Assembly: GCF_055900595.2 (NCBI RefSeq)
Contig: NZ_JBVWEU010000003.1
From: a plasmid
Strand: one strand, 5' to 3'
Length of the DNA stretch: 64,000 nt
The position numbers and the translations under genes are program-made. The notes beneath the pieces are model-generated. The model saw nothing but the letters and a program-made list of their open reading frames with translations, had not been told where the DNA came from and searched no databases. Of this stretch, positions 50,794 to 61,251 are shown piece by piece; positions within the stretch are counted from its first letter, which is position 1, and each line of letters starts with the position of its first letter.

Positions 50794-51330
50794 TTAGCTG
50801 TTTGTTTCAAGGGTGATGTTATTTTTGTCGTTACTACATACTGTTACGGGATCCACAGTAGCCGGGGCGGTATTCATGATTTTGGTAAACATGGATGAAC
50901 TGCGCAGGCTGTTAATGAGTTCCACGCAATTTTCTTTCGGTACATTATTGCTGGTAATCGTATAACCATACTTGTCTGCCGTTGCCTTAATGGTGACATC
51001 ACCGCCCCAGGCATTTTTGGCCTTGTTACCACCGGCGATCATATCAGCCGGCAGGGAACCACTCTGCGTCAGCGTTTTGATATAATCACTGCTGGTATAT
51101 TGTCCCTGGAACTTGTACTGCTTCATTTTGGTTGCAATGGTCTGCAGGTTTTTCACTTCGCGCTGGTTATCACTGGATGACATGGTACTGGACATCTGAC
51201 TCATTGCGAGAACAACCACAATACCGATAATAATCAGTGCGCCGGCAACTTCCAGTAAGGTTAAACCTTTATCCTCCTCTTTCTCTTTTTTTAAAGCAAA
51301 ATAAGAATAAAGACATGATCTGAAGTTCAT
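50794..51330 (-). CDS. pilS: PilS type IVB prepilin (major thin-pilus subunit)
   Basis: 178 aa; leader followed by GLTLLEVAGALIIIGIVVVL hydrophobic pilin helix. Confidence 0.8.
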   Translation of the reverse strand: MNFRSCLYSYFALKKEKEEDKGLTLLEVAGALIIIGIVVVLAMSQMSSTMSSSDNQREVKNLQTIATKMKQYKFQGQYTSSDYIKTLTQSGSLPADMIAGGNKAKNAWGGDVTIKATADKYGYTITSNNVPKENCVELINSLRSSSMFTKIMNTAPATVDPVTVCSNDKNNITLETNS

Positions 51331-51379
51331 ATATCACTCCTGGTTTATGGGATGTTTCAGAAATATTCTGTATGCGGGA

Positions 51380-52480
51380 TTATTGTTTCAGCATGTCGCT
51401 GATACTGTAGATGGCAGATATCATGTTAAGAATAAAAAAGAAGACAAAAACTCCTGATATACCGGTAATAATTAATCCAATTCGTTTTACCCGTTTTTTT
51501 GCTTCCTCCAGCCACTGATCGGCATAGAGTGCCATGGTTGCCACACTGTCCTCCCTTTCGGAGTTCAGGAGCAGTTTATTGATGCATATTCTGGACGGAA
51601 AATCGTAACCGGAATTTCGCATTGCTGTGGCCAGATTCTGACCGGATAATACATGTTTTCGTATTGCCTGAATTCTCTCCTTTAACCATTTATTCTTTTC
51701 TGCACCTTTTTCCATTCGGAGCAGCGCCTGCGAAAGAGGAATATTAATCTGCAGCATGGATGAAATACTGAACAGATAATTCACCCCGTGTAAGGTCTGA
51801 TACAGTGACCAGGGGGGAGCCTTGTCCAGCATCCTCCGGCCGGGGCCGGTATACCGGCTGAATGAAAAACGGATCAGAAGCGTCAGGGCGAAAATGGTCC
51901 CACAGAGCCAGAATCCGTACCCGATGAAAAATTCCGACATGCCGGCAAGCAATTTCATCTGGAATGACCATTTATCTTCTGAAGCAAACGCACTGACGAT
52001 GGGGATGATACGGGTATGGGCGTTGTACATATTCACCACACAGAGCGAAAGCAGCAGAAGGGGGTAGAGGCAGACGGCAATGAGGCTGGATGTCATTTCC
52101 CGCCGGGCTTTAACGGTTCTGGCCACCTGGAAAAGGGCGTCGGCAATATTCCCGCGCTCTTCCCCGTTTCTGATTAACGTGGCTTCCTCCGGTGGCACCC
52201 AGGTGAACAGGGCACCGGATAACATGCCGCTGGCTTTGATGGACGCGATGCATTCTTTTGCCAGAAAATACATGCCGGATGTGCCTTTCTTTTCACCAAA
52301 ATCGGTTTCGATCTCGCAGAGAAATTCGAGGGCACGCAGGGACGGCGTTCCGTCACGTATCATGCCGCCCAGGGCTTCGTAGAACTCCACCCGGTTCAGG
52401 GCAAAGGTTTTTCTGGCCATCCAGATGGTCAGCGCTGTCAGCTCAATGTCGGTGCTGTTGAGTTTTTCCAGAAATTTCAT
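51380..52480 (-). CDS. pilR: PilR inner-membrane platform protein (GspF-like)
   Basis: About 367 aa from the ATG at 52480, immediately after the pilQ stop; multiple TM helices. Confidence 0.75.
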   Translation of the reverse strand: MKFLEKLNSTDIELTALTIWMARKTFALNRVEFYEALGGMIRDGTPSLRALEFLCEIETDFGEKKGTSGMYFLAKECIASIKASGMLSGALFTWVPPEEATLIRNGEERGNIADALFQVARTVKARREMTSSLIAVCLYPLLLLSLCVVNMYNAHTRIIPIVSAFASEDKWSFQMKLLAGMSEFFIGYGFWLCGTIFALTLLIRFSFSRYTGPGRRMLDKAPPWSLYQTLHGVNYLFSISSMLQINIPLSQALLRMEKGAEKNKWLKERIQAIRKHVLSGQNLATAMRNSGYDFPSRICINKLLLNSEREDSVATMALYADQWLEEAKKRVKRIGLIITGISGVFVFFFILNMISAIYSISDMLKQ

Positions 52481-52481
52481 A

Positions 52482-53990
52482 TCAGTGCAGCAGCGTATAG
52501 CTGTCCTCATCGACGGGAGAGATGTAATGGGCCGCCAGCGGATCAACCTGTCCGCTGTTGATTTTTCCCAGCAGATGCTGATTACGGGTCATTCCGCCCA
52601 GTTCCCGGTGCCAGTAGGTTCTGGCCTCGATACGCCCCTTTTCCCGGTACAACTGGAAAAAACGCGCATCCGGGGAGATAACTTCTGCGATCACCGTTCG
52701 CCCCGTCACGCCACGCCAGCAGTGCGGGCAGCCGTCATGGTTTCGCAGATATACCTGGTCCGGGTTACAGACGCTTTCCACCAGGCGCCGTTCATCATCC
52801 GTGCGCTCGGTAGCCACCTCATGCCAGGGGCGACGGCAGTGCGGACATATCAGCTGAACCAGACGCTGGCTCAGCAGGCCAATGAACAGTTGCGGGTCGG
52901 CAATCATCCTGGCCTGTACCCCCTCCATCTCAAGACGTTCGAGGATGTTAATCGGGTCGTTCGCATGAATGGTGGTCAGCATCAGATGGCCGGTCATGGC
53001 GGCTTTTATTGCCGTAATGGCGGAATCGTGGTCGCGGATTTCACCGTTCAGGATCCCGTCGGGGTCAAGACGCAGTGCCGATTTGATGGAGTCCACCCAG
53101 CCCTGCGCGGTATCCATGACGGCGGTCTGAATGGCACCGGGTATACGGCCCTCTGGCGGGGATTCAATGGTGAACAGCCTGCGACGGGGCAGAAGAATAC
53201 CGCCGGTATTGTTGAAGCCGTACTGTTCAAGGTACGCCGCAGAGGCGGTTCTCAGCGTGGTGGATTTTCCTGAGCCGGTGGGGCCTGAGAGCGTGATAAT
53301 GCCTTCAGGGCGCTGCAGAATGCGGCGAAGAGTGCGCTCCTGGTCAGGGTGATAGCCCAGCATACTGAAGGTCGGGATTTGCTGACTGTCATCCTTGATC
53401 AGACGGAGCACAGCATAGAGGCCGCCCACACAGGGGTAGTGGGAGTAGCGTGCACCAAACAGACCGGCCAGTTTCAGATACTGCTCTGAAAGACGTGCAT
53501 CCTGAGGCACCCCGGGATCAAACTGTGTGCCCTTGATAACATCGGTCATGCCGGAATAGGTGGCCCCCAGTAATTCGAGGCCTTCTTCTTTCCGGAGGAT
53601 ATCGAGCACTTCCAGTTCGCCGTGAACCCGGGCTTCCACATAGGTGAAGTCCGTGTTGTCTCGTCCCGGGGTCATATGAAGGTCTGAGGCACCAAGAGAG
53701 GCAGAATGGCGGATATAGCCGAGCATTTTTTGCTGTACCGGGTTAATGACGCTTTCATCACCGGCGGTTGTGGTGTCCTGTCTGAGGCGGGCTATCACAT
53801 CCAGGGTGGTGAATTCAAAGTCTCCCACACGCCCCTGATGACGTGCGCGCAGGCGGGTCAGATATTCCTGGACGGCACGCAGATGTTTTTTTCCCTCCAC
53901 GACCCTGACCCGCAGATGACCGGTTTTATCTGTGTCGATAGCCACATAATCCAGAATGTCATCCGGTGGCAGGTCTGCAGGATCCAACAT
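52482..53990 (-). CDS. pilQ: PilQ pilus assembly ATPase (GspE-like)
   Basis: 502 aa; Walker A SGPTGSGKSTT; CxxC...CxxC tetracysteine motif. Confidence 0.9.
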   Translation of the reverse strand: MLDPADLPPDDILDYVAIDTDKTGHLRVRVVEGKKHLRAVQEYLTRLRARHQGRVGDFEFTTLDVIARLRQDTTTAGDESVINPVQQKMLGYIRHSASLGASDLHMTPGRDNTDFTYVEARVHGELEVLDILRKEEGLELLGATYSGMTDVIKGTQFDPGVPQDARLSEQYLKLAGLFGARYSHYPCVGGLYAVLRLIKDDSQQIPTFSMLGYHPDQERTLRRILQRPEGIITLSGPTGSGKSTTLRTASAAYLEQYGFNNTGGILLPRRRLFTIESPPEGRIPGAIQTAVMDTAQGWVDSIKSALRLDPDGILNGEIRDHDSAITAIKAAMTGHLMLTTIHANDPINILERLEMEGVQARMIADPQLFIGLLSQRLVQLICPHCRRPWHEVATERTDDERRLVESVCNPDQVYLRNHDGCPHCWRGVTGRTVIAEVISPDARFFQLYREKGRIEARTYWHRELGGMTRNQHLLGKINSGQVDPLAAHYISPVDEDSYTLLH

Positions 53991-54086
53991 AAGGCCTCCT
54001 TACGGGCAGCGGCGCCCGGAAAATATGTTTTCTGTTATTAAGCGAGGGAAATAATCAGTTCTTCTGCGGAGAGAATCTGGACATTT

Positions 54087-54761
54087 TCAGCACAGGCTTA
54101 ACAGTGTAAAAATGATTACGCCTCCAAAAGCGAATAACAGGGGAATGTTTTTCTCCGGCTGTGTTGATCTCAGCGTTAATACCGGTGTGGCGAGAGCGTA
54201 AAAAATAATACCTGCGGTATAAATAAAATAAGGTGTGATGCCGGACAGATTACATACACTGGCGAATATCATAAGCATGACGGCAACTACCGATAAAATA
54301 ATGGAAGTATTCTTCCATTCACCAGATGGTGTAAGTGAAATGATATCGCCATCCTGTTTATAGTTCGTGTTCAGCTTCAGGAAATGACGGATATCTTTCA
54401 GCGTGTTCAGTTTCTGCTGGATCTCTTCCACAAGTTCCTGTCTGTCGGTTTTTTCACGGAGCAGCTGGAATTTTGTCTCCCTCAGTACAGATATAATACG
54501 GTCCACCTGGCCGGGGGAGGGATAGTAATGATGTTCGAGCATCCACCGGATATCGGCGATTAACCGGTCAGTTACCGGTGTATTACCGTTGTTAATGAGA
54601 GGTGTTTCGTGCATCCACTGAAATATGCGGTAGATATGTTGCTTAACAAAAATAAAATCATCGGTGGTTTTATTCTCCAGCATGAGATATATCCCGTCGA
54701 GTGTTAATAATAAAACGTCCCGGGTGTGAGGTGATTTGTGATGTATTGTACGGAATATCAT
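54087..54761 (-). CDS. Uncharacterised membrane-anchored protein inserted between pilP and pilQ (gene 2 of 2)
   Basis: 224 aa; soluble N-terminal domain of about 150 aa followed by three predicted TM helices; visibly AT-rich compared with the flanking pil genes. Confidence 0.55.
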   Translation of the reverse strand: MIFRTIHHKSPHTRDVLLLTLDGIYLMLENKTTDDFIFVKQHIYRIFQWMHETPLINNGNTPVTDRLIADIRWMLEHHYYPSPGQVDRIISVLRETKFQLLREKTDRQELVEEIQQKLNTLKDIRHFLKLNTNYKQDGDIISLTPSGEWKNTSIILSVVAVMLMIFASVCNLSGITPYFIYTAGIIFYALATPVLTLRSTQPEKNIPLLFAFGGVIIFTLLSLC

Positions 54762-54778
54762 TTCTGCACTGTAATCGT

Positions 54779-55333
54779 TTACGCAGGTGATATATCACAC
54801 CAGAGTAAATACAGCGGAATGAAGCTGTAGAGTGACCAGAAAAGCCCGACGGGATCTTTTGCCCACAGGCATAAGAATGTCAGTCCGGTGCACCATGCGC
54901 CGGCAAGTGCCGCGCATAATTCAGCGCCTCCGGAATTGCCGCTCTTCATCATATAACAGAGCGCGATCAGCAGTGGGATAATGAAGACGAGCGGCAGGAC
55001 AAAGGATTCGGCTGCGGATATCCATTCCCGGTAACGCCAGCGGTCGTTTAATCTGTCGGCATCATATTTCAGACAGTTGCTCAGGAACGCCAGATCGTTC
55101 ATGAGGGGGGCGTCCTGGCCATACTGCGCCGCGAGGCGCATTCTGGCACCCCACAACCGGGCACTCAGGGCACGGAGTTGTGCCGGGGTGACCTGTTTTC
55201 CCCGACAAAGTTGTACCTGTAATTGTGTTGCCTCGTGGACAATATCTGTGTGGTTCACCCCATATTCTGCAGCGGCTGTTTCCAGGTCACGGATGATCAG
55301 GCTGAGCCAGGATATCAGTTCACTGATGTTCAT
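54779..55333 (-). CDS. Uncharacterised membrane-anchored protein inserted between pilP and pilQ (gene 1 of 2)
   Basis: 184 aa; helical soluble N-terminal domain of about 110 aa followed by two or three TM helices. Confidence 0.55.
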   Translation of the reverse strand: MNISELISWLSLIIRDLETAAAEYGVNHTDIVHEATQLQVQLCRGKQVTPAQLRALSARLWGARMRLAAQYGQDAPLMNDLAFLSNCLKYDADRLNDRWRYREWISAAESFVLPLVFIIPLLIALCYMMKSGNSGGAELCAALAGAWCTGLTFLCLWAKDPVGLFWSLYSFIPLYLLWCDISPA

Positions 55334-55381
55334 TGTCGTTCATCCTTTTGTACGGACAGCCGCCTGTACTGGCGGCCGGTT

Positions 55382-55834
55382 TCATGGTCGCAGGGTTTTT
55401 CTGATGCCGGACTGCTCCAGTACCACACTGTCCGGTGTGATTTTCTCCACGAGATAAGGGGTTCCGGGGATGTTCTGGCCCGTCTTCACATCGGTGATGT
55501 GTCCACCCGGAAGTTCTATCCGGGCGCTCAGCTGAGGCTGTACACCAAATATTTCTGTCAGACGGGGGGATGTCGCCGTCGACGGGGCAGTCGGGATGGC
55601 GGACGTGCTTTCCTGCGGACGACCGGGCTCTGCGGGAATACCCTGCTCCAGCATGCGCAGTTCATGACGGATTTTCTCTCTCGCCAGCATGGCTTCATAC
55701 AGGGCTGTTTCGTCCTGTATCCGCTCAATCTGCAGTTGCCGGGGACTCTGTTCCTCTGCGTTTCCGGTTGTGGCCATTGCCGTTGCCGGTAACAGCAGCG
55801 CTGAAACCAGAAGGGCTTTTGTTTTAGCGTGCAT
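55382..55834 (-). CDS. pilP: PilP
   Basis: 150 aa; signal peptide MHAKTKALLVSALLLPATAMA; size and position as R64 PilP. Confidence 0.7.
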   Translation of the reverse strand: MHAKTKALLVSALLLPATAMATTGNAEEQSPRQLQIERIQDETALYEAMLAREKIRHELRMLEQGIPAEPGRPQESTSAIPTAPSTATSPRLTEIFGVQPQLSARIELPGGHITDVKTGQNIPGTPYLVEKITPDSVVLEQSGIRKTLRP

Positions 55835-57119
55835 AATATTTACCTGTAAATTGATAGTGGAAACGACCGTTCTCCAGTTGTCGTGTGACAGAGATAAAAC
55901 GGACAGAAGGCGCCTTCAGACGTTCAACCAGCTGGTATGCCGGGAGTAGCGTCTGTATCTGAAGGTCATACTCTTTCCACGGAGGCTGGATAATATTTCC
56001 GTTTTCATCGGTGACGCTGTTACTGACCTCCTGCCAGTCCAGCGTCAGTGGCATTGACTGAGCAAGCGTGGTCAGTTGTTCTTGCAGGACAGAGCTTTCC
56101 GGCAGAGCATCAACGTCGACGGGATGTTCAGGCAGGCGGAAGCTGACTGGCAGGCCAATGCCGCCGGTCTTTCCTTCCGGCATCACAATAAAGGGGCGGG
56201 TGCCCGTCATATCACTGATGCGCCGGATGAAGTCAGTCACTGTCGCGCCAGCTGTATTAGTGTACGAGGCGCGAAGATTGCCGCTGCCGCCGTCAGTTGA
56301 ACATTCAGCCAGCGAATAACGCCATCCGGCGGCAGACAATGGCAGTGACGTCCATATGTCAGCACATCCCTGGATAAAGGCGTCGGTTTCGGGGAGTCCG
56401 GGCCAGGGGGGACTGATTCGTTCCTCTGTGGCCTGTCGGGCAGCTGCTGCCTGCGCGGCTTGTTCAGTCTTCCACCGTTCATAATACTGCCAGCCGTACC
56501 ATGCAGCGCCGAGAAGGGCGATGATCAGCGAGACAGTGATGAACTGCGCTCCCCGGGATACCGGATTCAGGCGCGCGGCAGCCGGATGTTTACCAGAGCC
56601 GGTCAGGGTGGACAGCGGCAGGGCCTGATTCTGATCGCCTGCTGAAAATGCCACCGGTTCATAGCGTGTCCAGCCCTGCTCCGGTTCGGTGTTGATGGAA
56701 AGAAAGGTATCCCGGGCTTCCCGAACCTCTTCCCCGCTTCCCACCAGGTCACTGACGAGAACACCGTCGACAACGGAAACAAAGCTGTAGCGCGGTGTTT
56801 CTCCGGGTAACGTCAGTTCCGTGATGGCATAGCCGCCATGTTCAAGTAGTGGCAGGATCAGCAGGGCGAGGGAGAAGCACTGACGGGGTTTTCCGGGCAG
56901 TATGCGGCGACTGACAGTGGCCACCATGGTGTGGGTATCGGCATCTTCATTACTGAGATACTGACAGGCCAGGAAAAGGTCGGCTTTCTGTGCCCGGGCA
57001 AAGTCGCGGGCATGCCGGTACTGTGAGGGCAGTGTTTTCCATTCCAGACCGGCCAGAAACATATTCCGTCCTGCCGTCAGCGGAAATACCTGCCGCTCTG
57101 TCGGTGAAATATCCGTCAC
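55824..57119 (-). CDS. pilO: PilO
   Basis: 431 aa; size and position as R64 PilO. Confidence 0.7.
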   Translation of the reverse strand: MTDISPTERQVFPLTAGRNMFLAGLEWKTLPSQYRHARDFARAQKADLFLACQYLSNEDADTHTMVATVSRRILPGKPRQCFSLALLILPLLEHGGYAITELTLPGETPRYSFVSVVDGVLVSDLVGSGEEVREARDTFLSINTEPEQGWTRYEPVAFSAGDQNQALPLSTLTGSGKHPAAARLNPVSRGAQFITVSLIIALLGAAWYGWQYYERWKTEQAAQAAAARQATEERISPPWPGLPETDAFIQGCADIWTSLPLSAAGWRYSLAECSTDGGSGNLRASYTNTAGATVTDFIRRISDMTGTRPFIVMPEGKTGGIGLPVSFRLPEHPVDVDALPESSVLQEQLTTLAQSMPLTLDWQEVSNSVTDENGNIIQPPWKEYDLQIQTLLPAYQLVERLKAPSVRFISVTRQLENGRFHYQFTGKYYAR

Positions 57120-57139
57120 GATCGTCCTCCTTGTGAAAA

Positions 57140-58759
57140 TCAGATGATATTGGGCGTGATCAGCACCACGAGAATGGTGTCGTCGTTTTCACTGTTGATC
57201 CCACCGCCAAGACCGAAGAATCCCGGCGTGCCTACACCCTGTTTTCCGCTGCGACGTCCTGACTGCTGGAAGCCACTGATAATGACCGTCTGCCCGGATT
57301 TCAGATCCACGGTCTGATTGATGGTTTTCAGATCCACATTCGGCAGCTGGGCTTTACTTCCACCGCTTTCATAATTCTCAATAACCGGTTTGTCGGAGAG
57401 ACTCATGGAATAGAGCAACTGCAGTGTCTGTGAGTCCGGGAGAATGAACGGCAGAAGGGTCATGTTAAAACCGGTGGTGATGGTGGCCGCATTCAGGGAG
57501 GTGGATGAGCCGACATTGGCAGTGGTATCCGTCGTCACACTCTCGATGTAACTCTGCTGATTGGCGATCTGCATTGGCACCGGCGTCAGGTTTTTGGTGA
57601 CGGCAGAGTGCTGGGTCACCACACTGACAACCCCCTGGGAAGACAATGCTTTCAGGAAGGCTTTTGAACCGGTGAGTTTACCGTCCACAATGGAAACACC
57701 ACCTGTGATGGCATCACTGGCTGCACTGGTGAATGTGCTGCCGAGACTCAGTCCCAGCGTTCTGTCGCTGAAGACTGCGTTCCAGTCGATACCGGCCTGC
57801 TCATTGCGGGTTTTCCGGATACTCAGAATTTCCACATTCAGCACCACCTGACGTTTCATCTCTTCATTGCGTTTTTCAATGAATGCCCGGACCGTTTCCA
57901 GAACCTGTGGATTATCTGTGACGGTTATAAAGCCCGTGGACATGAACATGCGTCCGATACCCGGGGTCAGCATTGATGTGACCGCATTTTTCACATCCTG
58001 ATACAGCGCAGACTTCATATCCACGGTGGTGGTCTGGGTATTGCTGGCATCACCGGAAATGGCATCTGATGCACTGCCTCCTGATGAGCCGTTTGAGGAC
58101 ATGGTGCCGCTGACCACAGTGGCGTTATAGGTCACCTGACTGTCCATATAGGTGATGGGGAAGGTCTGTGTCTCGAGATAATAGAAGATGATATGCGAGC
58201 CGTCATAGCGCCAGGATATACCGAGACGGGAGGAGACCGCATTCAGCAGGGTCGTCAGGCCGGAGGCATTCAGTTCAGACAGTGCTGCGGTATTTCCCGG
58301 CAGACGGGATGATGGCGTGTCAGATGCGCCAATGGCGGCAAGGGGAACCATGCCGCTTGCATCCGGTGGGGGTAACGCGCCCTGGATTTGTTGTGTGCTG
58401 CCGGTTGTGGATGTATTCAGGTATGTCAGTACATCAGGTGTGATCCGTACAGGAATATGGCAGCTTTCCGTGATCCGCTGAACCACCTGCTGAAGGGTGA
58501 TGCTCTGACGGGTATGAATGACAATGGGACAACCGGGAACGGTTTTGCCGGTGTTTTTATCCATGACCGGACGGGGATTGATCCATTGTCGAGAGGATTC
58601 CTTAACAACCGGCGTCCGGGTTCGCAGATCAGACATCATTTCCCGTGCCCGTTGTTGTTCCGCAACGGCTTCCTTTCTTGTGCTCTCAAGCTGTCTGTAA
58701 CTGGCACAGCCCTGTAACAGAGCGGCGGCAATCATAATGGCAAGAATTTTTTTATTCAT
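57140..58759 (-). CDS. pilN: PilN secretin lipoprotein
   Basis: 539 aa; lipoprotein signal MNKKILAIMIAAALLQGCAS; secretin-like C-terminal domain. Confidence 0.85.
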   Translation of the reverse strand: MNKKILAIMIAAALLQGCASYRQLESTRKEAVAEQQRAREMMSDLRTRTPVVKESSRQWINPRPVMDKNTGKTVPGCPIVIHTRQSITLQQVVQRITESCHIPVRITPDVLTYLNTSTTGSTQQIQGALPPPDASGMVPLAAIGASDTPSSRLPGNTAALSELNASGLTTLLNAVSSRLGISWRYDGSHIIFYYLETQTFPITYMDSQVTYNATVVSGTMSSNGSSGGSASDAISGDASNTQTTTVDMKSALYQDVKNAVTSMLTPGIGRMFMSTGFITVTDNPQVLETVRAFIEKRNEEMKRQVVLNVEILSIRKTRNEQAGIDWNAVFSDRTLGLSLGSTFTSAASDAITGGVSIVDGKLTGSKAFLKALSSQGVVSVVTQHSAVTKNLTPVPMQIANQQSYIESVTTDTTANVGSSTSLNAATITTGFNMTLLPFILPDSQTLQLLYSMSLSDKPVIENYESGGSKAQLPNVDLKTINQTVDLKSGQTVIISGFQQSGRRSGKQGVGTPGFFGLGGGINSENDDTILVVLITPNII

Positions 58760-58789
58760 GGGAGATCCGTGAGTTATTCAGATTCGTGA

Positions 58790-59227
58790 CTAATTCATCC
58801 AGAGGATGACGTGATCGGGGATCACTGACGGAAGTGTGATGGAAAGCGCTCTGCCGGCAGTGTCCAGCAGCCGGCCGTTTTCCACCCTGCCGAGGAGGGC
58901 AGAGTCATGACTCTGTTCCCTGAGGGCGGCCATCAGGCCCGGGGTTTCTGTGGCCCAGACAAAAACACGTTGCTGGCTGATGATATGACTGACGGTATCC
59001 GTCCCGGGAAGCCCGAGCTGAGCGGATGTCAGCCGCCCTCCGGCTGTCCGTCGTTCCGGATTCTGATGCAGGTAATCATTGATGGCGTTCATATAACGAA
59101 TGAACGTTGCTGCCTGTTGTGTGTTTTCTGCGGCCTGATGACGGTGTTCGCTGCGGGAGAGCTGACTGGTGAACCAGAAATTGCCGGTGGTCGTGATGAC
59201 CATGATGAACACGATGAACCAGCCCAT
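58790..59227 (-). CDS. pilM: PilM
   Basis: 145 aa; N-terminal TM helix; size as R64 PilM. Confidence 0.7.
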   Translation of the reverse strand: MGWFIVFIMVITTTGNFWFTSQLSRSEHRHQAAENTQQAATFIRYMNAINDYLHQNPERRTAGGRLTSAQLGLPGTDTVSHIISQQRVFVWATETPGLMAALREQSHDSALLGRVENGRLLDTAGRALSITLPSVIPDHVILWMN

Positions 59228-59231
59228 AAGG

Positions 59232-60302
59232 TTATTCCTGTGGACGATCTGTCACCCGCAGCAGACATTGTGCTGTGCTGGTCCGGGCATACAGCGGTTT
59301 TTCCACCGGGGTGTAGAGTGCAAATAGCTGTTCCAGCGCCTGGCGGAAACTGCCGGTGAAAACCAGAGGAGCATCGATGCTGTAGTTGACAGGTGTTTCC
59401 CAGCGCAGTGTCCATGTGCCGTGCGGGCATTTTTCGGATGATGTCCAGCGGGCCAGTCCGTCTTTCAGGGTGGTCCCCTTTTCCATTTTCCACTGCCGTG
59501 GCGGTATGACCTTCTGCGGTGGTGTCACTACCGGTTTCGTGGCCACCGGGGCTGGCGTGGTTGTTCTGCTCTCTGGTGTTCCGGATGTCCCGGTGGTGGT
59601 CTGAGCCCGGGATACGCTGACGGCAGGTGGTACCTGTGCCTGGTCTGCCGCTGTTCCGGTTGTGCTCCTGAACGGATTACGTGGTGTGTCCGCTGTTTTC
59701 TGTGAACCCTGCGGTGTCGTGACGTCGACCGGCGGTGTTGCAGAGGTCGTGACAGTCAGTATTTTCCTGTTCCAGTCCATATGTCCGTAAAGCTGCTGGC
59801 CGGCCAGCAGCGCATTCAGTGCCCGGTGCCACTGGTCATTAACGGACCAGGAAGGGAGGCGTTTGTTCAGTGCCGGTGTGGCGGCATTCTGCTGGCGGAA
59901 CTGCCAGCCGGTTGGCAGCAGCTGGCGTATCCAGTCACTGACGGTGCGCTGACGTGCTTCACGTAAATAAACGACGGATGAGGGACCGGGCTTACCGGTC
60001 ATAACCAGTGCAGACAGCGGTGTGGCCTGAAGAAGCGGGCGGGGAGGCAGTGCGGTACTCTGGCTGCTGACAGTGGTTGAGGGTGTCGCCGTTGTTGTCG
60101 GACGGGGCGGTGTCACAGGGCGGGTCACCGGTGGCGGAAGCAGACGTTTTTGCGTATGGGTGATAATGGCAGCACTTTCGCGAATTTGTCCGTCGACGAA
60201 CACCAGAGCCGGAGGCGTGGTATCCGGAACAGGCGTGGCATTAAATGCCGTACAGCCGCTGAGTAATGACGGCAGAAGGAGTGTCAGTGATTTCTTTTGC
60301 AT
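59232..60302 (-). CDS. pilL: PilL lipoprotein
   Basis: 356 aa; lipobox MQKKSLTLLLPSLLSGCTA; Pro/Thr-rich linker; size as R64 PilL. Confidence 0.8.
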   Translation of the reverse strand: MQKKSLTLLLPSLLSGCTAFNATPVPDTTPPALVFVDGQIRESAAIITHTQKRLLPPPVTRPVTPPRPTTTATPSTTVSSQSTALPPRPLLQATPLSALVMTGKPGPSSVVYLREARQRTVSDWIRQLLPTGWQFRQQNAATPALNKRLPSWSVNDQWHRALNALLAGQQLYGHMDWNRKILTVTTSATPPVDVTTPQGSQKTADTPRNPFRSTTGTAADQAQVPPAVSVSRAQTTTGTSGTPESRTTTPAPVATKPVVTPPQKVIPPRQWKMEKGTTLKDGLARWTSSEKCPHGTWTLRWETPVNYSIDAPLVFTGSFRQALEQLFALYTPVEKPLYARTSTAQCLLRVTDRPQE

Positions 60303-60423
60303 AGAATATAATCCGGTATATTACGGGTTACGGTATAAGACAGGTGGCGGGTAACTGGCCTTCAGATGAATATCATTTCATCGGGTTATTGATGATGAAC
60401 CTTAAAAATCACAGAGGTGATGC

Positions 60424-60819
60424 ATGATAAAGAAGATGTGGCGTTATTTACGGCAAATTGATAAGTATGAATTGCTGCAGCAGGTGATTTCAGTACATGA
60501 AGTGGAACTGCTCAGGAAAATGATGACAGATTCATTATTAGGGTGCTCAGTAGGATATGTGTTTTCGAAAATACTGAAGATATCCTTTCTGCGTTTTATT
60601 CAGTCTGAGGGGGGATGGGATATTATTACTTACTTTTTGTGGATGCTGGGAATACTTATTGTCATGGTCGCGCTGTTTATCTGGATGTGCGCCGCTGTAT
60701 GCTATGAGCTTCGGATGTATAAAATAAAAACAGGAAGGGAGAACGATATATTATTCTGGGTGTGGATTCTTCTTTTTGATGTCGCGGTTGTATTTTCGCT
60801 GGGTAATGTTATCTGGTGA
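60424..60819 (+). CDS. Small membrane protein on the + strand, convergent with the next ORF
   Basis: 131 aa; two C-terminal TM helices; long ORF in roughly 40 percent GC DNA, so unlikely to be chance; stop codon abuts the stop of the 60820-61251 ORF (TGATTA). Confidence 0.5.
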   Translation: MIKKMWRYLRQIDKYELLQQVISVHEVELLRKMMTDSLLGCSVGYVFSKILKISFLRFIQSEGGWDIITYFLWMLGILIVMVALFIWMCAAVCYELRMYKIKTGRENDILFWVWILLFDVAVVFSLGNVIW

Positions 60820-61251
60820 TTATGGGTTCAGTGACATATGGAAAAAGATAAGTGCGAACATTGATACTGAAGAATAATATATCCAGGAATAGAAAAACAT
60901 GAATTTCGGAGATGGTTTCTTCTGTCTCCTGTTTTTCAGGGGAGTCTGTGGGTCAAATGTTATCAGCGTCATTAAAGGATACCCTTTCATAAGAATAAAA
61001 ATATAGACGCATAAATGAGCGTAAAGAGGTAACCTGTCCTGCCAGAACAGAATCATCATGATGACGGCAAGATGAAATGTCGTTACATTGATATAATAAA
61101 ACCAGCTGTATTTACGCAGATACTGTTGGATATTCACGCTGTCAGCATGCGGTTCTGGTGAACAATTTATGCAAAAACAGAAGAAAGAAATGATGATGAA
61201 CACGGTCAGAGTGACCGGTAATACAGTCACAAGCAGAAAGAGTATGGACAT
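60820..61251 (-). CDS. Small polytopic membrane protein
   Basis: 143 aa, four predicted TM helices, AT-rich; occupies the pilK/pilJ position upstream of pilL, but homology is not recognisable. Confidence 0.5.
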   Translation of the reverse strand: MSILFLLVTVLPVTLTVFIIISFFCFCINCSPEPHADSVNIQQYLRKYSWFYYINVTTFHLAVIMMILFWQDRLPLYAHLCVYIFILMKGYPLMTLITFDPQTPLKNRRQKKPSPKFMFFYSWIYYSSVSMFALIFFHMSLNP

